Assembly (NCBI GenBank): GCA_001244265.2
Contig: CDLV01000005.1
Span: forward strand, 2,790,001-2,854,000
Source: Microbotryum violaceum
Taxonomy: Eukaryota
Direction: 5' to 3'
Length of the DNA: 64,000 nt
Part shown: piece by piece, positions 48,897-60,848 of the stretch
Position numbering within the stretch: the stretch's first letter is position 1
Layout of the letters: every line of letters starts with the position of its first letter
Program-made: the position numbers and the translations under genes
The notes under the pieces: model-generated
Databases searched by the model: none
What the model was told of the DNA's origin: nothing
What the model saw: the letters and a program-made list of their open reading frames with translations, nothing else

Positions 48897-49376
48897 CGTT
48901 TTTTGGGAAAGAGCTGGCGAAGGGTCGTTGAAGAGAGGGGCCGGCGAGTACGTTCGAGGTGGGAGTGGGGCAAGGGGCTGGTACGATGTGGCCCGAGTGT
49001 CAGACCTCGTTTGTATATAATGTAGTGAGTTTGAAGTCGCGTGAAAGGTGTGAGAGGTGCCTACGCGCGATCGCGAGGATTCTCGCGAGCTTTCATTTCG
49101 GCTGCGAAGTGAGCCCAGCCTTAGCCCAGCCCCAATCCAGAGCGCGCACGGTCCTCGCGCGCGATGAGTTCCACAGACGCGGACGATCACCGAAGCCCGG
49201 TGAGGAGGTCCGAGCTCAATTTCGACTCGAGGTTGAAACTCGAAATCGTCATCGACGCCGGCAAGCTCCAGCAAGGCGCGGCGTTCTTGACCGAGCTGCT
49301 GCAAAATCAGAAATTGCACCTTTGCTTCCCGTACTAGCACGTCTTGGCGCAGGAAAGAACAACGGAATCTCTTACT

Positions 49377-51603
49377 ATGTCGGAAAAGACATCTCCCGCC
49401 AAGGTACCACCTCAATCACTCGCTGCAACAAGTGGCAAGGATGAGGTTCCTCGCAGTGCTGTTCGACGGCGTCCACGACCACGAGGTCACCGCGATGACA
49501 TCGACTCGTCCGGATCCTTTTGCTGGTGGTTCGCGCCCATATTCCTCTTTGCGTCCATGATCCTCCTGAACGCCTCCATGACCTCGGTCGAACGCTTTCA
49601 ATACGTCACCTCGTACCCATCTCGCTTCACGCTCCAAGGCTTTCCGAACGACCTCAAGGAGCTGCTCGTGTTCGTCGTACCGACGCAGGTCAAGACGCTG
49701 TACAAGCACATTGAACATGTGAGGGATCCTCGGCATTGGGGGTTGCAGAGATGGATCGATTGGGAAGAGAAGGTCGCTTGGAAGAGGTTGTTGGAGAATG
49801 TGCATCCTGATGGCACGGCAGAGGGGTGTGTCGTCGCCAGTCCGAGCAAAGAGTCGCCCGATTACTGGTCAGTCAGCTCGGTGCGCATGATTCAAAACAG
49901 CATCGCAACTAAGGCTGGCTCTGGGAAGCGCAGGTACGAATGGACTCGAGACTCGGCGCTCGTCATGCGGAACCTCGTACAGGCCTACACGAAGGCTGGC
50001 GTGACCAAGCACCGCAAATTGATCGACGAATACATTCGAGCGACTCGCATCATTCAGTCCAAGCAGACCACGATCGGAGGCTTCTACGACGGCGGATTGG
50101 GTGACGTCAAGTACCATGTCGATTATGAACCCTTTCTTGGGGAATGGTGAGCTCACTTACATCTCGAGCCATGGCGGCGCATTCAGCTCACAATTTTCTC
50201 CGGGCTTCGATTTCCGTCAGGGGTCGACCTCAAAACGATGGTCCAGCTTTGAGGGTCATCACGTTGGCAGAGTTTGCACAACATCAGCTCGATCAGGGTA
50301 AAGAACAGGAGATTGAGTTCGTCAAGACGGTCTTATACGACTCTGTGCTCCCCACCAAGGTCGGTCACACACCTGGCCCTCAGGCTGAGAACGATGCAAG
50401 ATCTAATCCCTTCGCCTCACCACAGTCCGTCATCAAAGGCGATCTCGAGCACATCTCCAACAGGTGGTCCTACGCGGGCTTTGATTTATGGGAGGAAGTT
50501 TCGGGCTCGCATTTCTACACCTTGCTCGCGATCCACCGCGCTCTGATCGTCGGCGCCGACCTCGCCAAACGACTCGAAGACCCCAAAGCTGCATCGTACT
50601 ACCTTCAACAAGCTGACGAGATTAGTCGAGTCTTGGAAGAATTTTGGTCACCCAAAAAGGGCTTGATCCGCGTTTCGCTCAACCAATCGACGGGGAGGGA
50701 TAGCGAAGAGAATGCTCATCGAGGCGATGCGGCCTATGGTAAAGAGAGCGAACTGGATTCGGCGATTCTTTTGGCGGTATTGCATTCCGGTCAAGGGACG
50801 GAATGGAATGAGAAGAATGACAAGGTCTTGTCGACTTTGGAGAAGCTGGTCGAGGTGTTCAAGCCGATCTATCCGATCAATGAGCGAACAAAATCCGCTT
50901 CGGCGTTGGGTCGATATCCCGAGGATCGCTACGGTACGTCTCCATCTCCATTTGTGAGACCAGAGTTGAAGATGATGTATTGATCAATTCTGGTATGAAT
51001 GCGCATAGATGGCTTGGGTCTCTCCGTCGGTCATCCTTGGTACCTCTGCACGCTCGCCGCTTCCGAAATCCTTTACAAAAGCTCCCTCCAACTCTCGACC
51101 TCTCACAAACCCCTTCTCATCACCTCGACGAATCACGCTCATTACGCGCGTTTTATACCTCTACCTCCGTCCGAAAAACTGAGCAAGGATGGGCTGACGA
51201 TCAAGGCGGGCGCGAGGGCGATTCGGGAGATCGCGAGAGGGCAGATCAAGTGGGGGGATGAGTTTGTGGGAATCGTTCAGGAGTATGCGAGGAGGAATGG
51301 GAGCTTAAATGAGCAGTTTAATAGGTGGGTATCGGCGTTGTGGTTCGGTGTTTGAGAGTAGGGAGGGGTTCGATGGTAATCGTGCTGACAACGATGGCAA
51401 CGTCTTGATCACTCAGGTATACGGGGGAAGGTCGAGGGGCAAGGGACCTGACGTGAGTTGTTGTGCCTCTAACGATATCGCCTGGTACGTATGCTTGATC
51501 TGAAACGTGCTCTACATTCTTACGCAGATGGTCGTACGCGGCGTTCATCACCGCATCACAAGCGAGGAGGGAAGCCAAACAAGCTCTAGAGTTGGGTCTC
51601 TGA
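49377..51603 (+). CDS. Glucoamylase, glycoside hydrolase family 15 (N-terminal TM anchor, no starch-binding domain)
   Basis: VVASPS..PDY-YEWTRDSAL, W-GRPQNDGPALR, DLWEEV, LGRYPED, LNEQFNR and LT-WSYAAF. Confidence 0.93.
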
Positions 51604-54371
51604 GCGAGGCATTTGTCGGAGCTTTGTGATGAAAGGATGCGTAGGCACTCGTCCGTGGTGTTGTATTGAAGAGTCTGGACGATCGGAGTCACCTACACCT
51701 TCAGAGCTGTGGACATAGTCGTGGGTCACGCTGTGCCCGGCGACTTGCCAGCGCCGCTCTGCCTAGGTAACAGCTCTAGTCCCTCGAAAAACAACGGAAA
51801 CTCCTCATCAAAGGAACAGCACGAGGACTTCAATCTATCCTTGATCGCAGATTACAAAGCCTGTCCATGGCGTAGACGCGTCATCCCTTTCGCATGTCCT
51901 CGCAGATCTGGGTCAAAGCGACTCGGGATCGTCGCAAAACTCAATTCGCTCCGAGGACGAGAGTTCTGCGCGCGCGACATGTCCGGATCGATCATTGGCC
52001 CAAGGGCTAGGAGCCTCGCCCTTCCGAAACACGTGCGAATTTTCGCTGAACTACGTAAACAAGAAACGAACGAACGTTTCGAAAGTTTTCAATCGAACTT
52101 TGTACAACCAGCTGTGATTGGCGGGATGAAGCCCAGGCAATTTCCGACAGATAAGCGGTGCTGATGGGCCCTTTTAGCCGCCGGGGGGCCGCCGATCGGA
52201 CCAGCAGCGCGTCGGTTGCCTACGTTCAAGTTGATCGAAAATCCTTCACGGATGTCAACAGCGCGTGAAGTTGGCTCGCGTCGGCGATTCTGCACCCCTT
52301 CCTCGGGTCGTCATACTGAGCTTTGCTAAAGGAGGGGGATCGTGCTTGGCCCCGCTCAGGCTTTCCAAGGGCATGAGATCAGCGTTCAATGTAACATGCC
52401 AACTTGTGCAAGCGCCAGCCCAGAAGATGCGAGCTGCAGTGACCCCTTTTCGAAGACGAGCGATCGCTCTCTGTAGCCGTCACAGCCACATGTCCTTGAC
52501 AATGTCCCTGACAATTCGTTCAAGAACGAGCAGTGACGCCAAGGTGTGCCAACAGCAAACAACATCGACAGGAAGATGTAGCCGCACAGAACCGGTTGTT
52601 GCGATGCTGGCTGCGCAAGGCTGACGGGTCGATGGACGAACACATCACAAAGAGGAATTCACGCGACCCCTATCCATGGCAGCTGAAGCATCCGCCGTCC
52701 GCGCGTGCGTTCGAAACGTTTGCTCTCAAGCCCATTACTGACTCAAAACAAATTGGGTGAGAATCGAAGCAGTTAGGAGTCATTCTTGATGCAGACGCCT
52801 TTGATCCTTTAGCGCATGCAAACTCCCTAAATCCTATCGTATAGTTTCGGCCGGATGATCCAGCCGGATCTTTGGGGCAAATACGAAAGATTTTTCGGGT
52901 TTTTGCAAGAACAAAGACATCAATTTAGGTGGACAGAAAAACCTGTTCAGTCTTTGGGCCTACTAGACGGTACGTGTTCCTGCCATCGCCTTCGCGGGAA
53001 CGAGCGACGGGGCTCGCCTTCTGGCCAAGATGGCGACGGAGGATTAGACGTCATGAACCAAAGAAGTACGGAATTGGGCTATATGCTTTCAGGTACCAAA
53101 AAAAAATCACTAAAAACTGCGAACATAGCTGGTGAAATATGCACTTCCCGTCGGCCAACGCGCAAATTGACGAAGAAAATTCGGCAACTCATTGGTTGAC
53201 GAGGCCGAGGCTTAGGTCGTTGCCCTCGGGCAGTCGTCAAGGCTCTGACAACAGATCATATAGCTGGAATAGAATTTTGAGATATTCTGGTGGACGAATT
53301 GCGTGTCACGTCAGTGAGGAGGAAGAGCTAGAAAGCTGTTCAGGGACCCGTTTACTGGATTACGGCGGGAGCTTCACTCTTCACAAGTGGGGGGGGGCAG
53401 GGTTTCTAGGTACAACTTCAAATCGGCGACGAATTGATTTTTTTGGGAAATGGAATTGAACATGACCTAACGGGACATGACAGCATGCAGCCGAAACTAT
53501 ACGGTAATTCACTCGCCGTCTTTTCAAGGTTCTGAGCTCGAGCTCGCGAGTCGGCGATTGAACTGATTGCCGGCCGGAGAGTTGACCAATGGGAGTGCAC
53601 CGCCCCGCGATCTCATCCGTTGCGAGCCATGAATCACGGGCGCTTGACTTTGGGATGATGGTGCGGAAAATGTCGATGCCTTGCGAGGATCGTGACGTCC
53701 TGCGTGTAGGCATATTGTTCGCGATGGTTTACGGTGTCCATCAATCCCGGTGGACCTCGGCTGCGGCGAAACCGTCGGTCCCGTGCATCGGCAGCATTGC
53801 AAACAAAAGAGAGAGCTTGTAGGCGCGGATCGGAATGAACGAGGGCAACTTGTCCTTTGCATTCCTAATGAAAGCTAAAATTGAGGGTTGAGAACGTCGA
53901 GAGACCGCCGAACTGCTCACGTGGGCTTGTCAGATCAGATCGCCAAGACATGGAAAGTGAAAATGGGGCACCCGCCCCCATTCAGGGCAGCGGCGGCAGA
54001 ATTCAGTGCGGCTCAGGCACAGGGCGGGCACAGGACGGCGAACAACTGCTCCATCTGATTACATAGGAGGAATCGGATCTAAGCCCAAAACATTTCAGCG
54101 TCTGTGAGCGCTTTCGGCTTATGTTTCATCGCGTATTCTGGCGAGTTAGGGATGCGCCGGAGCAATCGGGAGCCGGGACTGGGAATTTCTGTTAGCGCAA
54201 GCTTTTACGAGCTTTGTGTGCGCGAGCGTGCGCGGTTCCTTGGCAGATATCCGCCTCTCACCCTTCCTCTCTTTCCTCTTCCCCTCTCCACTCACCGTTC
54301 TCGTACTCTTGTTCAATCTTTTCATACCCACTACCAAACCTCGCTTCAAACCAACCCAACCCATCTACAGC

Positions 54372-55382
54372 ATGCGTTCCACTCTCGCTGTCGCCCTCAT
54401 CGCCGCTCCTTTGGGTTAGTCCCGTTTGCTTCTTCGTGATCGAATCTGCGCCTCTTTATGTGCGCTTGCCTTGGAGGCCGACCTGGTGGTGGGGTTCGCC
54501 GGCGCTCGATAGCCGCGACACCTGGTGGCAGGTCGACGGCGAACGATACAACACCCACATACCCTAGAGCAAAGCTAATCAATTGATCTTGTCTTCACTC
54601 ACCTGATAGCCTTCGCCAGCGCCATCCAACAACGCGCTGTCACGGAGCAGCAATTCCAGGCTGCTCAAGGTCAGTCGGGAGAGCCGGGACAGTGTTCTTG
54701 CAGCGGAGAAAAAGCAGATGTTGACGCTAGCTCTGGCCCACTTTGTTATACACAGTTGCTCTCCAAGGCTTCTTGACCAACGCCACCACTGCCGTTACCA
54801 GCGGTAACTGCTCAACCCCTTGCGGCCCCTATGTCACCTCGCTCCAGGTACGTCGACGTTGCCTTGTCTCTGACTCCATAAATCCAGCTCTCTCTGCGCG
54901 TTCCACCACTCGGAGGACTGTTCTTGCAGCTAAAATATGACTTTACTGACCATTTGAGAACTCTTTGCACCTACTCACAGAACTGCGTCAGCACCGCCGG
55001 CAGCAACCTCACCGCTGTCGGTATTTGCGCTTGCACGAGCTCGACCCTGAGCCAGATGTCGACCTGCGGTGGCTGCATCAACGGCGAGAGCGCCGTCGAG
55101 CAGTTCGGTGAAGTCTGCAAGGAGCTCAACGGTGACTCCTCCAATTCCACTTCTTCGGCGTCGTCGTCTGCTTCTTCCGCTGCTTCAGCCACGTCGGGCG
55201 CCGCCGCTGCTTCGGCCACCTCGGGTGGTGCCATTGCCTCGGCCACGTCGAAGGCTGCTTCGGCCACCAGCGCCGTCGCTGCCGCCGCCACCTCCAAGGC
55301 CGCCAGTTCGGGTACCAAGTCCTACGTTCATGGAGGTGTTGTTGCCATCCTAGCCAGCGTCGCAGGCTTGTTGGTCCTATAA
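54372..55382 (+). CDS. Secreted 8-Cys (CFEM-like), Ser/Ala/Thr-rich, putatively GPI-anchored protein, paralog 1
   Basis: Signal peptide MRSTLAVALIAAP; Cys pattern Cx3C..C..CxC..CxxC..C; low-complexity stalk; hydrophobic C-terminus. Confidence 0.8.
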
Positions 55383-57130
55383 ACGCCTGTCTACTCCAAC
55401 CCGCTTCGCATCGTTCGTTTGAGACAATCGGGCGCCCGCTTGGATTTTCAGGCTCGCGCTGTGTGTACCCTGCTTGGTTCTGTTCTCGCTTCTCGGGGAG
55501 TTTTCATTTATTGGTCCTTTTCACTAGGTTCTGGTCAGATCAGACTTATAGTGCAGTCTTGGATCGAAAGGACAATTGTTCCATGCCCGATCCGAATTCG
55601 TAGCTTGTGTCAATTCAAGTGGACGCAGAGTTACCTAACAGTCGAAACAGAGTCACCTACCTAACTCGACTCTGACCGTCGGGGACGGCTTTGCCTCCCC
55701 CTACGCGGATCCCTTTCTCACATTTGACATGAGGGATACACTCGGATTTAGCTACAGGATGGATCTACAGCCATTGGCTCGTGCCCCCGGCCCGCCAGCC
55801 GGACCTGCGGTCAGCCAATAGGAACGCGGGCGGCCCCCTTCTTGCCGGACTTGGCACAGGCGACTCGTACGCGGCGCCCCACTTCCTTCTTCTTTGAGCC
55901 TCTATTCAAAACCCCCCAGGGCCATGATGGGCCATGATTCACTTGGGTTTGCTGCTTCAACGTGCGGCCTACCGTCTTGGCTTCTGCACTATTATTGGAC
56001 TTTTTCTCTCTTCCGCTCTCAGTTGTAGATGTCGTCATTAGGTACTTTATGAACCTCAACAATGCAACGGACAACGTGTGCCCTAATTTTCGTTGCCCCT
56101 CCTGGTGAGTTTTGCTGCCACAAACCTACACTCTCCACTCGAGCATCTGGCACCCTCACAGGCAATACACAGTCACAAAGCAGAAACGTTCAGCTCCCAG
56201 TGCATCGGTAGCACTCGAATACTGCTTCCCATGAAAAAGCCATTGACCTGCAGTGCATCACTTGCACGGGCACCAACGCTCTGGTGCATCCGCTGCAACC
56301 ATGCAATCACCCCCTCAACCCGGCCCAGCAATTCGTCCCTGTACAAGGCAGGCCACGCCGCCGAAAGCCGACAAGCGACTCCACTGTAGTAATACAATCT
56401 AGAAATAGGTAAATAGGTTCGTTGGAAGGATTTTTGACGAATATCACGTCGAAGACGCCCAGCGGACCTACACGAGTGAATGCAGCCCCTAGGTCTCGTC
56501 AGTTCCGGCAGGTAAGCGCCTTTTTGTTCGTGCCTCATTCCGCCGCGGAAAAAAAGTTGGGATATGAACGATCGGGGTTTTAACTATCAGCAACCGATGA
56601 AACTTCACTTCACTTCGCTTGCAGACTTGTGCCCCGTCCGGTGGAACGAAAGGCACCGTTGTCAGGGTGTGTTAAGACAACTCCGCGATGCGTGCAGACT
56701 CGCGGAAGCACCGGGCCCTACGAACAAGTGCAGTGGAGGCCGGGGCACTCCAGCAAAAAAGCAAGTGAAGCAAAGAGCAAACATCGGTGAATTGGATGCC
56801 TTCGAATGGTTTTGCTCACCTTCTTTCAGAAGCGTTTCTTATGGGACAGCTTCATCACCCGAGTCGGACAGCGGCAGCCTGAGAGCGATTCAATCACCGG
56901 TGCATTCATCCCGTCTCGGAAGGTCTGCCCGATTGGCGGCGCGCGTGCAACCATTCTCGCCCATGGGGGCCAGACTTATTCTCGGACAATCATCGGGCCA
57001 AGTCTCACCGTGCTGAATTTCAAAATGTAGAGCAAAGTAGCGCTCTCATCGCTTAACTTCCCGCGCCAACCTTCTCAAGTATTGCAAACTTAATAACATT
57101 TCCCATTAACCACTCCACATCCGAACCAAC

Positions 57131-58038
57131 ATGCGATTCCAAACAGTAATGTTCATACTCACGGCTTCGGGTGAGGGCGGACTCCTCTCTCCACTGCAAC
57201 TAAACCCCACCATCTCGGCTTCAGCCGGAACAGCTGCAGACCAAACTCATGATCTTGGAACTTCATCACTCACCGTCTCGTGTGTTCCGATCTCACACAA
57301 GTTCCGCTGTCATGGCCTTGAATCGTGGCGTCGAGGCAACTCCCACGGCCAGCCCGAACCTGGGCAGTGGCATCTCTCAGATGAACAGTGGGAGTGCGAA
57401 CACCACTGCGAACTCCACTGATGGCAGTATGGCGGCTGCGAGCGACGGTGAGTTTAAGCAACAGTGCCATTTGAATTTTCTTAAACATACATTCGCTGAT
57501 GGAGCTCTTGTGACTCGGCTGTACAGCGGCTCTCCGAGGTCTTCTTGATGCGGCTACAAATACCTCAAGCCCATGCACAACCGAATGCAACCCCTGGCTC
57601 ATTGACACGGCGGTGAGAGTTAACGCGTTTGATGGCGATAAATATCGTTTTTCACTGATTACCGTAATCACTTTGTGTGACTGTTGTCCGCACCCGGAAT
57701 TGTGCCAAAGCCAATGAGAACAACTTTTTCCTAATCGTCAACTGAAGCGCTCTTGCGACGCGACCACAATGGCAGCCATGGCCAAGTGCGGCACGTGTTT
57801 CAACCTGACAACGAATGTCAGCACCTACGCGCTCATGTGTACGACCATGGTCGACAACGTCACTCGAGTCGTCACGACGACTGCTCCGACCGCGACTGGG
57901 GTGATCAACGCGCAGTCCGCATCCGCCGCTGCTACCACATCCAAAGCCTCGGCGGCGAACAGCCTCGGAATCTCGTCGACTGCTCAAGGCGCGGCAGTCG
58001 CCTTGCTCGCCAGTGTGGTTACTCTGCTGACTCTTTAA
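57131..58038 (+). CDS. Secreted Cys-rich (CFEM-like), putatively GPI-anchored protein, paralog 2
   Basis: MRFQTVMFILTAS signal; CTTECNPW...CDATTMAAMAKCGTCF...MC; Thr/Ala stalk; hydrophobic tail. Exon structure only partly resolved. Confidence 0.68.
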
Positions 58039-59208
58039 GAGTAAATTTGATCCATGATAGTGTATGACCAGCTCTGAGCTCGCCGGTGAGTGTGTAATCG
58101 ATCTCCCAAGTCATCCACATGCCTTAACGGTTCCTCGAACCAGCAAGTCTGAGAACCCGACCTCGGGGGACGCCGAAATTTCCGACGCATTCTACCAAAG
58201 TGCGTTCGATCAAGCACTTCCTCGTAGTCTCGAGATCTTCCACGCCTTTGACTTTCATGGCACGACTCGATCGCCCCGAACGAGTACCGTTTGAGCTTTT
58301 TCGCCGAGCTACGCTTCGACGCGTGTCTCAAGACGGACTCGACCGGTTGTGAAGTGTACGACTGTGGCGCCGTCTTGTCGCTGCTCAGTGCGGCTCGTCG
58401 GGAGCTGCAGAACCCTGGCATGCTCAGCAGCTCGAAGCAACAGGAAGAGGCGAAGCGCGAAAGTACGGCGATTGCTCGGTCGAAACAATCCCCGCCCGGC
58501 GTGTGAGAGTTCACTCATGCTCAAATTCGCAGAATCGAAGACGTGTTATCGTGGCGAACAAGAGAAGCGATTTCTCCTCCGGAAGTCGTCCGTCTCCGCA
58601 CAAAGACACCGACGGAGTGTTAGGGTGGGGGGTTGGCATCCCGATTTTGTCCTCGGAGGGCGAGGAGGGTAGGTACCAAAAGTACACGGGAGCGATGACG
58701 CACAAGAGGGGCTCGCGCAGCTCGTGCCGGCGAGCGGCCCTTCCAGCGCCGCTCCGGTTTCAGATCTGCCCGGGAACCTCATGTGGACCCCTTTTCACCT
58801 TGACTCAGACGTTTGCGTGATATACGCGCTCATGCTCTTGTTGGAGCATCAAAACTCGTGGATTTTTTTGCGTTGAATATGGCTCGCACCAAGGCCAAAA
58901 GCCGTTCTTCTGATCCTTCATTTTGTTCTTGCGCTTATTTTGCGGGACCGACATCGCAACCGGGCGGGTCATACTTAAGTTTCTGTGTGCCTGGCGGAAG
59001 CCGTAAAACGGCGATTGTAGTCCGGCAGCGCACTGGCGGGCTCGGGCGAGTGCGGCGCTAACTCCGAGGAGCTTCCCGGAGCGTTAGGCGCAGAGCGAGA
59101 AGGCTTGGCAAGAGCTCAGAGATACTCGATGCTCTCACCGGACAGTTCTTGTCTTGTCTTCACCTTTCCTCCATCACCTTCTCCGCCCTGGTACATCAAC
59201 ACCGCGCC

Positions 59209-60528
59209 ATGCGTCCCGCTTCAATTGTTTTTGCTCTCGGGGCCTTCGCCCCAACTTCGAGTGAGTTCGATTCCAGGTCGTTCTAACTCCTCAGCTTGGA
59301 CTACGCTTCCCCCTCCCCCTACACGCGCCAAGTTCCGCTGTAGCTCGTCATCGTATGTGGGGCTTGGCTCAACTTGTAGTTGGGAGTTCAGGACCCCAAG
59401 AAACTTACTTCCTCCATCATCCCGTTTTTCGTAACCGATTGTGACTCACACTTTTCACCCCTATCTCTCCCTCCCCCCGCGAACACCCATCTGCATAGTT
59501 CTCGGAGCTCCTCGACCTCAAGGCCAGTCCTTCGCGCAGGCCGGTTCGCTCTTGAAGCGCTTGGCCGACGGAGCCCGTCTTCAACCCCGCCAAGATATCT
59601 CTGGTGGAATCGGTATGTTTTCTCTTACAGAGTTGCGTGTTTCCGTCATAGGCTGACGACTCACTTTGGACTCTCACTGCGGCTTCATTCCACACAGCCG
59701 CCTTGACAGAACTCGCTCAAGACGTTGCTCGAAGCGCATCGACGGGAAAGTGCCGCTCGGAATGCCGTGGGTGGACCGAGGCTTTGACGGTAAGAGCCCT
59801 TGGTCCCATTTACGGTGCTGTCAGCTCATCAGGGGTTTGATCGCTGATCCGCCGCCATAACGGGCCGAATCCGTTTTCCAGGTGTGCACCGACACTAACA
59901 GCGATACGGAAGCGATTGGGAGGTGTGGTTGCACCAGTAGCACCCTCTCAGAGATGTCGGTGAGTTCTGCACGACAAACGACAAACAGAGTAACCCAGCT
60001 CCGCGCTCAGGGGCTAGCCGCTGAGATAATTGACCAATCCGACAGCCCTGTGCGACGTGCTTTGACTCGGCAGAGGGTTACACGTGTAAGTCGTTTCGTG
60101 TGAATGAGTTATACCATCTTTGACTGAGCCATCGAGCTCCTCCTTCACCAGCTTTCGAGAACCTTTGCGAGTACCTGAACACGGGAACGGTCCCTTCCTC
60201 CTTGGCGGCGGCTAGCAGTATTTCGAGCGCATCTTCGGCCACTGTGTCTGCCTCAGCCACCCCTGCTAGTCAGACCGCGGATGAAGCTACGAGTTCGGCT
60301 GCTACGTCGTCGGTGGCTACAACTCCTACGTCGTCGGTGGCTACAACTCCTACGGAGCCGATCCTCACCTCGGCGCCGACAACCACGGCGGGCACGGGCC
60401 CCGCAGTGACGAGTGCCGCTGGAGCTGCAACGTCGTCCCGCGCCGCTTCGTCTGCCAATGGTCGTGTCGACCTGGTGGCTGGATCCGTTATCGGTAGTTT
60501 TGCTTTCCTCTTTGCTTTGCTTGCCTAG
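59209..60528 (+). CDS. Secreted 8-Cys (CFEM-like), putatively GPI-anchored protein, paralog 3
   Basis: MRPASIVFALGAF signal; KCRSECRGW..., CTDTNSDTEAIGRCGCTSSTLSEM, CATCF, LC; Ser/Thr stalk with a 24-bp duplication; hydrophobic tail. Confidence 0.75.
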
Positions 60529-60848
60529 ATCCCCAAAGTGTCGCTGGCTTTCTTCCAGTTTAAAAGAAATGGTTGTGGGAAGCAGTGCAGCAGTGACCCA
60601 CCAGGACCCGGCTCGGCCCAAATTATTTAGGTACTCAAAAGTTAAAACAGACATAAGTGCAATATTTCGTTCAGTCCCATGGAGATATTTAGTTGGGTCT
60701 TGCTTGACATGCACAACCGACTCGCCGATCAAACCCTCTGAAGACTCTGTCTGGAAGCTCAATCGTGCACCCTTGCTCTTGAAGCCATAGGCTGGCACCA
60801 TTGCTCAGCAGCCCCAGCAGAGCCTGCCAGCTGCCGCCAGAGCCCGCC

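Noticed and set aside
51604-54300. Long intergenic region with many short ORFs
   Set aside because: No recognisable protein motifs, repeats or RNA genes found by eye.
55795-56512. Possible small TIR element between GPI paralogs 1 and 2 (CCAGCCGGACCTG / CAGTTCCGGCAGG)
   Set aside because: An 11/13 match in GC-rich sequence, with no TSD and no recognisable transposase.
58878-58920. MARTKAKS reading frame resembling a histone H3 N-terminus
   Set aside because: Similarity ends after five residues and no histone fold follows.
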